A program made the position numbers and the translations under genes. A DNA stretch of 63,224 nt, counting the filler, from Reticulomyxa filosa (lineage: Eukaryota > Protista > Foraminifera): NCBI GenBank assembly GCA_000512085.1. It is 18 parts of 18 records of this genome, joined end to end, with 100 filler letters (N's around TTAATTAATTAA, not from the genome) between each part and the next. Parts side by side here need not be neighbours in the genome. Positions count along the whole stretch, not along the records: positions 7,539 to 11,835 come from ASPP01009440.1; positions 11,936 to 16,342 come from ASPP01013775.1; positions 16,443 to 18,721 come from ASPP01023138.1; positions 18,822 to 20,709 come from ASPP01048467.1; positions 20,810 to 24,206 come from ASPP01002124.1; 13 more parts are not named here. The stretch is one strand, 5' to 3'. Shown here one piece after another: positions 11,538-24,306 of this stretch. The notes under the pieces were generated by a model. The model was not told the origin of the DNA. It searched no databases and saw only the letters and a list, made by a program, of their open reading frames with translations. Numbering within the stretch: the first letter of the stretch is position 1; each line of letters opens with the position of its first letter.

Positions 11538-11939
11538 CAAAAAAAAAGAGGAAAGAAAAGGGATAGGACTAGTTTGTAACACAAAATGAGGGTCTATGGC
11601 ACTAGTTGACTAAAAAAGGGGACCACACATGCATATATGTATGTACATACGTTCATATTACAAATTATTCAACCATATGCCTAATTTTTTTTTTTTTTAA
11701 TAAAAAAAAAAGGGGGGGGGGGGACTAAACAAAACAAACAACAACAAAAAAAGTTTGAAGTTGGTGATTTGATATATTACGTAAGTAAAGACGATAGCCA
11801 GTATGTCAGTGGCAGTTGAGTTTTGATGATGGTGANNNNNNNNNNNNNNNNNNNNNNNNNNNNNNNNNNNNNNNNNNNNTTAATTAATTAANNNNNNNNN
11901 NNNNNNNNNNNNNNNNNNNNNNNNNNNNNNNNNNNTTTT

Positions 11940-11979
<40 letters not shown>

Positions 11980-11980
11980 G

Positions 11981-14900
11981 CACATTGTTCATGATAGACG
12001 GAATAAAATCAGCTCAAATTGTGGTGCTTTGCTATTCTTTGTTGCTATTTGTGTTGATGCTAATTGTAACGTATGGCCTGTCGGCTGTTCAAGACATCAT
12101 TTACATTCGCGAAGAAACCTCATTGCATGCACTGTGGTTGTTGGGATTGTGTGTGACATACACGTTGATAATCTTTGCAGTGCCGCGTTTGCAGTACGAA
12201 TTTGCGAAAGAAGTAGTTTTGATTGTGCTTCCCTCGATTTTCGACTGCTTGCTTATTTTCAGCGGCACAGGATGGGTGCTGTATCAACGCGATATAATGC
12301 GCAACGCAATATACGTAGAGCGTAAAGCAATCAAGCACTCCAATGGCAATAGCACGACCACTGGTACCAATAGATTAACAGTGGGCACATCTTCACGCCA
12401 TCACTATCAACCCACCACGTCCATCCTCCCTCAAAATTGGATGGGATACTTGTGGTCTCAAAAGCATGAGCAACTGCCATTGACTGACGTCGAAGACCAA
12501 GCCCACATTGAGATTGCCCAAGACGGCCTGGACGAGTCGCCCATCCTTGCCAAGTTGGAAGATGTAAGTCCTCTGCAACTCTCAGTGGAGGATCAATCGC
12601 CATTAGTCAATGACTCCAAAACCACTCCATTGCAAAATGCAGTGGCCACCACTACCACCACAATTACAACAGCAACAACAGTTGCGACCATGGCCACAAC
12701 GACAGCCACAAATGTAAATTCAAATACAAATGCAAATTCAAATACAAATACAAATACAAATACAAATTCAAATACAAATATGATTAATGCAATTGTAAAT
12801 ACAAATACAAGTGCAACTGTCACAACCATTGGTGGTATCACCCGTGTCATGACGACTGCCGGCAATGCCAATGCCAATGCCAATGTCAATGCAAATAACA
12901 TTGCCGGACACGTCTCGCAAAAGTCGCGCTCTGAAAACCACTCCCGCTTTTTCCCGTTCGATTATCGTCAGCACCGGATTTCGCCCATTGTCGACGTCTC
13001 CGTCATCGATGTGATTGCTGATGCGCAGGGCTTCGAAGCCTTTATGGATCACCTCGTCAAGTATGTTGTTTTTTTTTTTTTTGTGCAAAGACCCTTTTTC
13101 CCATAATTCAAGTCAACAACATTTGGTATGCGATAAATATTCTTTGCAAAAAAAAAAAAAACAAACAAAAGTGAATATTCCACAGAAAATTTGCTGTACG
13201 TAGTCGAGTGCTTTCAATTGAAGCATTCGATTCATGAATCATAGTTTAGCGTCCCTTTTTTTTTTTTTTTTTTGATTTAAAAAAAAAAATGCATGCAAAA
13301 TGAAAACAGTCCCGATGTCCTGAGCAACGACATGCTGCCCCATTTACCCTCATCACTACCACTGTCGCAAGTGATGGTACATTACCCATTGATCGGATTC
13401 CGGTATTTAGCACTGTTTGAAAAGTATATAGACGATGGCACATATACGAACCACCGCGCGGAAACGCAGGTGAACATTGGCGGGGAGAAGTTGCACCTGT
13501 GTGGACAGACGTATATCGGTGTCGCCAAATCGTTCGGCTTGGAGTTGGAAGTGGCCAAAGACATATTCGAAAGGGACGCGTTGGAGCCAAGCGAACGCAG
13601 CAGCGCGACAACCCCCCGCGGACGTAATAGAACCGTCTTCTCCATGCTGAAGCATGGATTGACACACACGCGTTTAGGCGTGCCTGCATCTGTGAATGAG
13701 CCGCAGGTGCGAGAGAGCTCTCCCAGGAGAAGTCCACGTCGGCGAAACAACAACCGCCATGGCAATGCAAAGAAACCCAAGTTTTCAAAAGTTGGAAATC
13801 AACTTTCGACCACCTCGGATGGGCCACCTCATGGAGGAGAAGGTGGCATAGATAGAAAGCGGAGTCGCACTGGGACTATGCCAAAACGGCTGGGTGCTGG
13901 TAGCAATGGTGGGGATGACATTGGCATTGGCATTGGCACTAATAGCAATGCAAATGAAAATGGGAGGACTACTAATGGTGGATTTGCTCCTGCCTCTTCG
14001 GAACCGATTGCATCTGTCTTCTCTACTCCTCTGCCTTTGGTTCACGGTGATAGCAATACTCTTGGGGGGGGGGGCCGTTACGGCCATGGGAAAGACCACT
14101 CTTCCGCCTTTGTCGCGGCCAGGAAGCTCGTCCGATTACAATGAGTCGAGACATACAAGTGTCAATTTGGCAGAATCGGAAGTTGACGATGACGTATTGG
14201 ATTTGCGTGAAGAGGATGCAAAAACACCAAGGCATTTTTTTTTTTTTTTATATATATATCCAAAAAAAAAAAGGGGGTGCATCATTCGAATACCATTTTT
14301 GAACTTGCTTTTTGTTGTTGTAATAACTATGAATATGTAAATAATGTCCCTCTAATGCAATATGCTTCAGAGATACAAGACAGACACGAGGAGCGTCTGC
14401 GACGGTGACCGGCATTCCGAAAACCACGATTGCACATAACAACAATCCGATAACAAAGTTTGACGACTTTACAATCGAAAATAACGATCCAAAGGACGAC
14501 CGAGTTGATACGACAGACGAAAACAAAACGAAAGACCGCCGAAGCAGCGCGTCCAAACTTCGTGCGTTTGACTCGCACGCCTTGAAAACTGTCAAACGAC
14601 AAACCACTCTAAGCATTGCACAGCCTTCCATGACAACGACCAGCGGTGTACGTCACACAACCAGCGAAGACGAACCGTCCCTATTTCGCTCCATCAGCAT
14701 ATTCTTTGGCAACAGGAACATCACCAAAATGAAGGCTTCGCAAAAAGTTATGACTGACCACTTGCTTCATGGAAAACATAACAAAGAAGATCTGCCGTTA
14801 GAACTAGTGTCGCAGATTGTGCAAGTCATGGACCAAAGTTTGCTAGACGTTTTTGACAATTTACGAGATTCTTTTCATCGCTTTCAAAAAACAACAGTTT

Positions 14901-15070
14901 TGTATAATAATCAATGAAATTATATACGCATACATCAAAATATATTGTATGTATACCGATTGTTTCCATCACAAACAAAACTAAAGCCATTTGTAAAGTG
15001 GGTTCAAACACATATGTCGAGAAGTGCTCGCTCATTACGCAGTGATATTCTAGCGTCCGAACATATGTGA
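11981..15070 (+). CDS. Multi-pass membrane RGS protein (7TM-RGS type), 5'-partial
   Basis: Three TM helices with VQDIIYIREE, then RGS motifs VIADAQGFEAFMDHLVN-EYSTENLLYVVEC, LFEKYID...QVNIG and DQSLLDVFDNLRDSFHRFQKTT-PFVKW. Introns 13061-13171, 13244-13309, 14232-14370 (GC-AG) and 14897-14986. Frame break in the G-run near 14064-14074. Confidence 0.8.
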
Positions 15071-15625
15071 CCGAGTTTCTTTTGTTAGTACCATCTGTTC
15101 GTGCAGCATATATCATTTGTGTTTCTAGTTTTTGTCTCTATCTTTTTCCTTACCCTTCTTAAACAATGTTATGTACAGAAATTATCGAATTTTTGGTTCT
15201 TGTTCTGGGGTGCCTTGAATTCGTTTCAATGGCAATGTTTGACTTTGTTTTGACTGATACGTGAAATATTCACTTTGATACTCGATCAATCGCAGCAAAC
15301 TCACATATCGATATCATAAAGGTTTATATTGCACACAAGTTTATTTTCACAAATAAAGGCAGTTTTTTTATCGTCAAAAAAGTAGCTACAAAACTTTTTA
15401 ATGTGCGCACAAGATCGACCCTTTCCAATGCAACCCAAAAGTACTCAAGTGCCAACTAAATTTTGAGCATAACAAGCCAAAATAATCAAACCATACTTTG
15501 GAGTTGCTGTATCTGTTTTGCGTTGAGCCAGCGAACTCACAAAAAGCTATTTTTCCTTTTTCTTTCAAAAAAAAAAAATTGAAACTTGGATTTGATCACT
15601 AACCAAGAATTGGGTCGTATTACAA

Positions 15626-16218
15626 ATGAAGTGGCTTGGCCGTTTGTGTGGTTGTTCAAACAATCCTCGTGCATCCGAAACGTCCACCACTTCTGACAAA
15701 AAAGTAGGATGCGTGACCAACACTGATGTAAGTAGTGAAAAATCGTCAGTGTTGGATTTTTTAACAATTCCATCCAAGTACGATATTTCGAGTACAACAG
15801 AATCAGAAGATGAGGAATGGAATGACGAGAATGAAGCCTACCCAATTCTAAGTTGCAGTGAAGCAAGTTTTGGAGAGTCGCGAACTTCGGTGACAGCACC
15901 AGCAGCAGTAGACCGAAGTTGCAAAGGGAAAGAGCTCGTCACGGACAAGAACGAAGCAATGTCCTGTCGTTCATCAAGCGAAAGTGTGACATCGACTGTA
16001 TCTCTGCATGCCACAACAACAATAACAGCAACAAGCCAGACTGTAGTTTCTGGTTTGTACCAGCCAGGGGACTGCGTACCATCCCAGTCCACTGGTAGCG
16101 TTTGCCACGAGTACTCAGTTGAAGGCATTGCAGGCACAGTGTCACCCCCGGCCAGTGTTCACAAGGCATGCCAAAGAAATAAGAAAACACTAAAGTTGCT
16201 ATTTTTGGACATCGATGG
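15626..16218 (+). CDS. HAD-superfamily protein (HAD_SAK-like), first exon, 3'-partial
   Basis: Ser/Thr-rich N-terminus, then LKLLFLDIDG (DxD motif I) directly before a GT donor. Confidence 0.55.
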
Positions 16219-17292
16219 TATGTGTGTGTGTCTAATCTGTGTCAGTATCATCCAAAAAAAAAAAAAAAAAAATTTACTGTCTTTCTCTCTCGTTTTTCAA
16301 CCAACCTCTTCCTCTGAAAATGTACGTATACACAATTTTTTTNNNNNNNNNNNNNNNNNNNNNNNNNNNNNNNNNNNNNNNNNNNNTTAATTAATTAANN
16401 NNNNNNNNNNNNNNNNNNNNNNNNNNNNNNNNNNNNNNNNNNTGAAGTTGATATGCATAATTGTTTATTTTATGACAATTTAGTGAGTATTTGAACTGTA
16501 ATTTGATGATTCTGAATTATCAACGTCCTTGTAAAAAAAACATAATGCTCAATTTTTAATGTAATAACTAATGTAACGGTAATTAGTTTTTTTGTAAAAA
16601 ACATGCTCAAAAAAAAAAAAAAGAAAATTGCAAAAATAAGAAACATATTCTTCAACAAAAATCTGCTTCAAATACTGTCGAGTTATCTCCTTTTTTTTTT
16701 GTTTTGTGTTATCACTTCATGTAACAATTTCTGCAAACTTGTTGTTTCTTAACACTTTTACATGTACTTTTAAGTTTGTACAAATCACATTCATACAATA
16801 ATGTATCGATTTTATATTTTTTGCTTGGCTGACCTAAGTAAATTACTTTTTAGAGAATTGAAAATTTTGTAATTATTTCTCAACAAATCAATGAATTTTT
16901 TGTTTTGAAAGTATTTTTGTGCTTTCATAGATTTATTACAAATCGTATTTGAATGAGTAAAGAAAAAGCTATGTATTTTACCACAAAGGCAATATCATTT
17001 GAATCTTGTTTAGACAAAATAAACATTACACAAATTATGATAGTCAGTGTTAAAAATATTAATATTTGTAATAACAAAAAAATATCCTACAAAATTATTT
17101 TGTTATTTAATATAATTTTAATCTATTATGATTTAGAGATCTTTATAAAGAACATTTGAATAAATTATTTTTCTTTTTAAATTTATTCCAATAAAATAAA
17201 TCATTTGATGGATTGCATTCGAATTAAGTCAAACAAATTCAATATAAATTTTTATCAAACTTTTTTTTTCATTTCTGTTGGATAAATGTAAA

Positions 17293-17813
17293 TTATCCCC
17301 AAATATAAATGGGACCATTCTCTGAACCATAACACAAGTTCAAATTATAATCAATATTTTTTGTATTTCCGTTATTTTTTAATGACAAAAACTTTAAAGA
17401 AAATACACCAAAAGTATCATTTACATTGATCTTATACAATTCATTTTTATTTGATCGAATATCCCAAAATCGAATTGTATTATCCCATGATCCAGAACAT
17501 ATAACATTTGAATTACCATTAATATTCTTTATTATAAATGGTGTATATTCGACACACCATACTTGGCTTGTATGTCCATTGAAAATTTGAATTTGTTGAC
17601 CAGATCGAATATCCCACAAACGAACACTTTTATCTTCTGATCCAGATAATATTATATTGAATAATTCATTTGATCCATATTTTACACTACTTACTTTACT
17701 TTCATGTCCATTGAATAAAACTAATTGTTTAGTTGTTTCAATATCCCATATTCGAATAGTTTTATCATGTGAACCAGAACAAATAGTATATCCATTTCCA
17801 CCAATAATACCAA

Positions 17814-17847
<34 letters not shown>

Positions 17848-18663
17848 TTTAATGATGAAATATCAATACACCAAACATAATCTTCATGTCCATTAAAAAT
17901 ATGTAATGATTTTGATGTTTCAATATCCCATAAACAAATTGTTTTATAAGATTCAGAGAATAAATATCTACCACCATTAAATGGTGAAAATGCAATACCA
18001 CAAACTCCACCAGAATTTTCATTAAATAATTGTAATTGTTGATTATTTTTAAAATCCCAAAAACGGATTGTTCTATCAGCTGATGAAGAACAAATAACAT
18101 TTTGTCGATTATTATAATAATGATATTGTGAAAATTTTACACAATGTATATAACTTGAATGTTTATTAAATGATTGAATTTGTTTATTTTTATCAATATC
18201 CCATACAATAACTGTATTATCAACTGATCCAGAACAAAGTAATTGATGATTATCAAATTCTGAATAATCAATACTCCATACATAACAATTATGTCCAGTA
18301 AATTTTTTAAGTAATTTAAAAGAATGTACAAGATCAAAATTAAAATTAGATGATAAATTATTATTTTATTATTTTCTTTTTGTTCTTCTTTGATATCATT
18401 TATATGTTTATTTTGTTGTTCTTTTTTTAATTTTTCCATTTCAATGAGTGTTATTTTCTATTTAATTATTTTTTTATATTTTCATATTTTAGAAACAAAT
18501 AAAATAAAAAGCATTAAACCTGAGAATAATTGAATTTAATAATATCTTTTTTATATTGCTCCAATTGTTGTTTCAGAATTACAATCTCTTCATCTTTTTT
18601 TTCTTTTAGTTTTAATTCCACTTTAAGTCTTTCATTTTCTAAATTCAATTTCTTTATTTCATC
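17293..18663 (-). CDS. Coiled-coil plus WD40-repeat protein, 5'-partial, frame-broken
   Basis: About 7 GH...WD repeats (e.g. LCSGSVDNTVIVWD, ICSGSHDKTIRIWD, ICSGSWDNTIRFWD). Single-A deficits in A-runs near 18365 and 17848. Confidence 0.85.
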
Positions 18664-20030
18664 CTATTTGTATTTATTCAAAATTATTATAATCTCTCTT
18701 TCAAAAAAAAAAAAAAAGAAANNNNNNNNNNNNNNNNNNNNNNNNNNNNNNNNNNNNNNNNNNNNTTAATTAATTAANNNNNNNNNNNNNNNNNNNNNNN
18801 NNNNNNNNNNNNNNNNNNNNNTCAAAAATTGTTATTCATGTGCTCATTTTCGCACATAGTGTTCTAAATATATTATGAAAATTTTCGTATGATTTATTCT
18901 TTCTTTTGGAAGAAAATGTAAATGTTAATACGAAATTAAAAAAATTATACGTACATTTGCTGGATAAACAAAATGAAGACACGTCATCTCAATTTGCATA
19001 TATATTACGACGAAATTCTTTAAAAATATATAAGTTTGTATTTTACGTTTTCAATTATCACAAACATTATTGTACTAAATTATCTTTTTAATCGCAAATG
19101 ATGATAAACTCACAAACAAAGTATTGCTTCATGTAAATCTAAATATGCTGTCAATTAATTTTTTTTGTCAAAATTCGATTTTTACATTATTTGTATTAAT
19201 ATATATTTAAATAAGTATATGTCCAGAAAAAAGTACATTCATAGCACATTTTTTAATTATTGTTATGTTTTCAAGTCATCAGCCAAAAAAAGTAATCTAC
19301 ATTCTGAAATAATGATTTTGACAAAATTTTGTGATTGGCAATATAAATGATTCAATTGCGTTGTTCTGAAAATATTGACAAAATGATAGCCCTAAAAAAA
19401 GGTGTTGTTCCATTTTTTTATTTTTTTATCTTTCATGTTTTACTTAAGTCAATGAATTAAAAAGATTATCATGGTTCCAACTAAGAACAGTGCAAGATAC
19501 GATTGTAACTTTCAGTACTAAATATTTCTTAATTGTGGTTATTTTTTTAAACGAGTTTTTTGTAAAGTCATTATATAATTTTTCAACAAAAAACACTTAT
19601 GACAGTGAAATAATACCACATTATTTTCGTGACAAGCATAACAAAATAGTGTTGCATTTATAATGATGTGATCATGTAGAAGAAAACAATGTTATGTACG
19701 ATTTTTTTTGAAAAGATAAAAAAAATTATGGATGCTGGTCATAAGAAACCCAGCCTAAAATAAAGCGTGACAATCCAGAACCAAAAGCGTTGAGAACGCT
19801 TTTGTCAGTTTGTACAACATTATTTTGAGAATCTCGAATTTGCAGCATCATCTGATCATTTCACGTTTTATCCTTCAGCACATGTTCGTATATCAAGTCT
19901 TGCAATTCGGACAAAGTGAGTTCCTTCATCTTTATCTGCACTGTCTTTCGATCTATTAATAAATAGGTTGTCCTGTCTTGCAGCTTCGGTTGCGTCGTGA
20001 CCCATTGCGAGCTTGTATGCAAAAAGATGT

Positions 20031-20297
20031 CTACCCAGTCATCGTTGGTTCAGACAAAGACTCGTCATTGACATAGCCTTCATTTGCTATTACTACATTT
20101 CGATTTGCTTGTCCTAAGTATTTTTCAAATTGTAACGAGCAAAAGATTTCATCTAAATCTCGGACAGATGGTGAGATGTTCACAAACATCAATGTCTTTG
20201 ACTGGCCTCCTAAATTTATTTATTTTAAAATAAAAAAATTGTTATTAATTTTTTCAAATCAAGCTACAAAAAGAAACTTACCCAAAGAATCTTGTAA
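20031..20297 (-). pseudogene. Kinesin motor C-terminal fragment (kinesin-14-like)
   Basis: LQDSLG|GQSKTLMFVNISPSVRDLDEIFCSLQF across GT-AG intron 20281-20210. Upstream motor motifs are absent. Not in the ORF track. Confidence 0.75.
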
Positions 20298-20532
20298 TTC
20301 CAGCCAATTCAATCAAATGCAATTTGCCAAAGAATCTGTATCAGGAGTGACATGATGCTGACTTTGGTGCATTTTTCTTTCTAAATTTGCTACATTACCG
20401 TTATTCTCTATTTAACTGATACATTCCAATGAGCAAATGTTATGAAAAAAGTTTTGATAATTTAAAACAAATCTTGCCAAAATTCTTCTTTTCAAAAATT
20501 TACAAACCAACAAAAGAATTGATTTTATCCTA

Positions 20533-20636
20533 TTTTAATATATTTGATAATAATTTGATCAAAATCATATATCCAACCTAATTTTATCTTTAAAGTTCGA
20601 TTCCAGTGCTGTATAAAATATTTTATTTCATTTTTC
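20533..20636 (-). CDS. C-terminal motif of a kelch/WD40-family protein (fragment)
   Basis: NEIKYFIQHWNRTLKIKLGWIYDFDQIIIKY. A decayed copy of the same motif ends the kelch pseudogene at about 57400-57490. Confidence 0.55.
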
Positions 20637-20809
20637 AACTTCCATCATTGCGTTATTGTATTAATATGTCTGTTTTGTTCTTGTATGAAAAATACATATT
20701 TTGAAATCCNNNNNNNNNNNNNNNNNNNNNNNNNNNNNNNNNNNNNNNNNNNNTTAATTAATTAANNNNNNNNNNNNNNNNNNNNNNNNNNNNNNNNNNN
20801 NNNNNNNNN

Positions 20810-21198
20810 GTTGTTGTTTTGCTCCAATTAGATGGTGGAATTGGTGCAAAGCAGTGCTACTGCGGCAATCGCAAACCGAGAAAGAGAAAGGACTTGGATA
20901 GCACGCCTACACCGATAAACCACAAGTGGTCAGACGCCGATCAAGTGATGATGGTTTGCGTTGCACGGTTACTTTTCGACGCTTGTCCAGCTCCGTGGCG
21001 AATGCCGGCATGATTATCCCAATTCCAGCTCCTGATGGCAAAAATACAGGTCATCATAGTAACAACAGCACTGATTTTGACAGCAATGACTTAAACGTCA
21101 AATATCGCATTTCCATTCGAAAGCATCAAGGCAGTACTGTTGATTTTCAAAGAATTGTCTATCATATCAAAAAAAGAGCCGCGCCCTTCAAAACATAA
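20810..21198 (+). CDS. 3' end of a hypothetical protein, possible KA1-like C-terminal domain
   Basis: YRISIRKHQGSTVDFQRIVYHIKK resembles the KA1 terminal strand-G-D/S-helix. An in-frame TAG lies upstream near 20899. Confidence 0.3.
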
Positions 21199-23126
21199 AC
21201 TTATACAAGGAATCTCTTTTTTCTCAAATTTTTTTTGTTTATTCGTTTTTTTTTCCCCCTTTCTTCGAATATTATGGACAAAGCCTCAATTGGAACAAAA
21301 AAAATAACTAAGAAACTACAAAATGATCAAAATGGATAACATTGTAAGTGGTGTCAAAAAAAATTATTCATCTTTGCTCATATTTATATCATAATGGCAA
21401 CACAAATAATAAATTTACAATTATTTTTCAGCATTTCGAAAATGTACTTTTTTTTTTTTAAATTATTATGTTTGTATGTGTGTATTTTGTGCAGTCCCAA
21501 AAGGGGTTGTGCGATTTGTTGTTCTTTCTCCCCTCCCTTTTTATTTTTTTTGGGTGTTTTTACAAATTAGATTGGTTGCACAGTTTTGATTTTTGTTTGT
21601 TGACTGTCCTTCTAATGCAATCTCAACCAATATTTGATGGAGGGAACATTCGGAATCTTGTTCTTAATAAATAATTCTTAAAGTTCTTTGTAATGAATTA
21701 ATGCTAAAAATATAGACATCAACTCTTCGGAGATGTTTGATTAGAGGGCTGTATCTTAGAGTTCACAATATATTGCACTGAATAACTTTCAATTCTCAAG
21801 GCATGTGATTTACTTCGCTAAAATAAGTCAAATTAAAAAAGCTAGGATAAATCTAGACACAAGATTTTGTATTCAATGCACAAATTGTCTTGATGATAGA
21901 ATCATTTGTCCATCTGTGTGTACAGCAATCTTTTGAATGCACTTTCGGTTTTTTGATTGCTTTTTTAGAATTTATATCTCACAATTAAATTATTTTATTG
22001 GAAAATAGCATTATTTCATTGACAAAATATGAATATCATCATAAACAGATGTCGAAGCATCATATGGACATCTGGTGAACATTTTGCGTTAGTTACTTCA
22101 ACAGTATGCTCATCAAAACTCTTAGCAATTGAAAAAATTTAGTCCTATTTTAGACAGCAATAATATACGTTGTCGGTTGACTTCAAAGAAAATAAAAGAA
22201 TTATTAACGTATTTAACAGTATTTTTGCCAAAATCATTTATTCATCCAATTTATTCAACGTTCAAAGTCAATTTTGAATTATATTCGGATGACGAAACTA
22301 TTGAATTTATACAACTAGTTTTTGTTCAGCTTGCTTTAAGCCTTTTCTATTTTCATAATAATTTTAATAAAAGTATCTGTATACGCGCAAGATTTTCTTC
22401 AAGCTCAACTTTGTACTATGTTAAAATTTAAAAAAATATTGAAAAATTTCGAAAGAGTGAAAGAATATTTAAAAATTACATAATTCACGATATTTTCTAA
22501 GATTTTGATGAAATATTATCTTTCATTGAGAAATCAATAATCTACGTATCAACTTTTAATTTTATGTAATAAATACTTGTATTTAATATTCAATTAAAAG
22601 ACTAAAAAAAAAAGTAAGTTAAATTTCGATTTATATTTTTGCATCTTCGTTGCTAATGATCAATTTTATGTTTTCTTGTTAAAGTTGTTCAAAAGACGAT
22701 ATATTACATTTATCTACGTGTTGTTTGTTATCCTTGTTAATATTAAAAAATTGTTAAAGTATAAGATAAAATAACAATGATAAAATTTCATGTTTTTGTA
22801 AGGTGGAAATCATTAAAATAATAAATAAAAAAACCGTGCGTTTATTATAATATCACATTTTTATGGAATTACATTTTAAGATTGTTGTAAATATCTCTAC
22901 ACAAAAAAAGATTGTTTGATGATTCGCAATCAAATAATAAATTGAAGTAATGTTGCATATCATAATACAAAAATTGGTGTGATAATGAAAATATCTTTTA
23001 TTTAGAGCAGTCGATAAAGGCGTCAAATAGACTGCATTTAACCTGCGCCTATCTAGTTTTGTGTTTGCTCCAAAAAAAGATCTCGTTCTTTTTTTAAATT
23101 TATTTTTTTTTGTGTTTGGCATATTC

Positions 23127-24148
23127 ATGAAGCGCTTTCTGAAAGAGATGCAAGATCCATCAGATGATGGTGACCGTTTGAATGATACGTCATCCCCATC
23201 CGCAAAAAAAATGAAACTTGCTGGGAACAGTGAAGAAGTAGCAGTTTCGACAATGATGGTGGAATGTCCAGTCTGCAAGAAAAAGATACTAAAACAGCAT
23301 GTGAATATCCACTTAGACACAGAGTGTAACCAAGGTGAAAAAAAAGTTGGTGAAGGTCAGCGTTATGTGCAATCTATGTTCGCTCCAAAAGGCAAGATTA
23401 TAGTAAAGGGATTAAGCACCAACAAACCAACGACAAGAACTGTCAACGATGTGTTAGGGCGTCCACCGCCATTACACAAAGCAACCAAGACTACCAGGTC
23501 GTGGACGCAATGTCCCATTTGCCAAAAAGAAAACATTTTATCCACACAAATCAATGATCACTTGGACCTTTGCTTGCAAAAGAATATGAAAAATACCAAC
23601 GAAAACAAATCATCGAATCCATCCGTTGCAGTCACAACCATTACAACCACAGTTATTAATTAATTAATTAATTGTTTATTTATTTGTTTTAGTCCATTTC
23701 TTCTCTTTTGCTTCTCTCAATTGAACACAAACGCAAAGAGTATTCATGTTTTTGACTTAGTGCAAGGATCAAGAAGTGACACAAGCCAAATCCACCATTC
23801 CATGTCCAGTTTGCAATATCAAGATCTTGGCGTCACAAATTAATTTGCATTTGGACTTGGGTTGTGACGCATTGCAGCAAAAGTTAAAATATATACATAC
23901 ATGTACATATAATTTTTTTTTTTTGAAAAATTGTTATTATCATATTGTTAAATGTTCGGACTTGTTGTTGTTGCATAACACTTCAAACTTTTGCTTACGC
24001 ATACAAACATGCAAGCGACAAACACAAAACAAATGATGCAATTTATAGAACAAAACTAAAACAAGCTCAAAAATTGGCCACCAAAATTGATATGAAATCT
24101 TTTCAAACCTGTGTTCCTGGCTTTTTTGTGGTTCCAGATTTTGTCACG
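23127..24148 (+). CDS. Three Rad18-type UBZ4 zinc fingers, probably followed by an AlkB-family 2OG-Fe(II) domain; 3'-partial
   Basis: Three CPxC-x11/12-HLDx(x)C motifs, NLS-like PSAKKMK, PIP-like QRYVQSMF, and VPGFFVVPDFVT at the last visible exon end. Confidence 0.7.
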
Positions 24149-24306
24149 TTTGTATTTTTTTGTTTGGCAGCTGCAAAAAGTAAAACTTTTCCTTTTTTTT
24201 TTTTTTNNNNNNNNNNNNNNNNNNNNNNNNNNNNNNNNNNNNNNNNNNNNTTAATTAATTAANNNNNNNNNNNNNNNNNNNNNNNNNNNNNNNNNNNNNN
24301 NNNNNN

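Noticed and set aside
12712-12810. (AATACA)n, (AAT)n, (GTA)n and (TA)n runs here and at about 17815, 54120, 59730 and 60570
   Set aside because: Ordinary microsatellites encoding N/T tracts or lying in introns.
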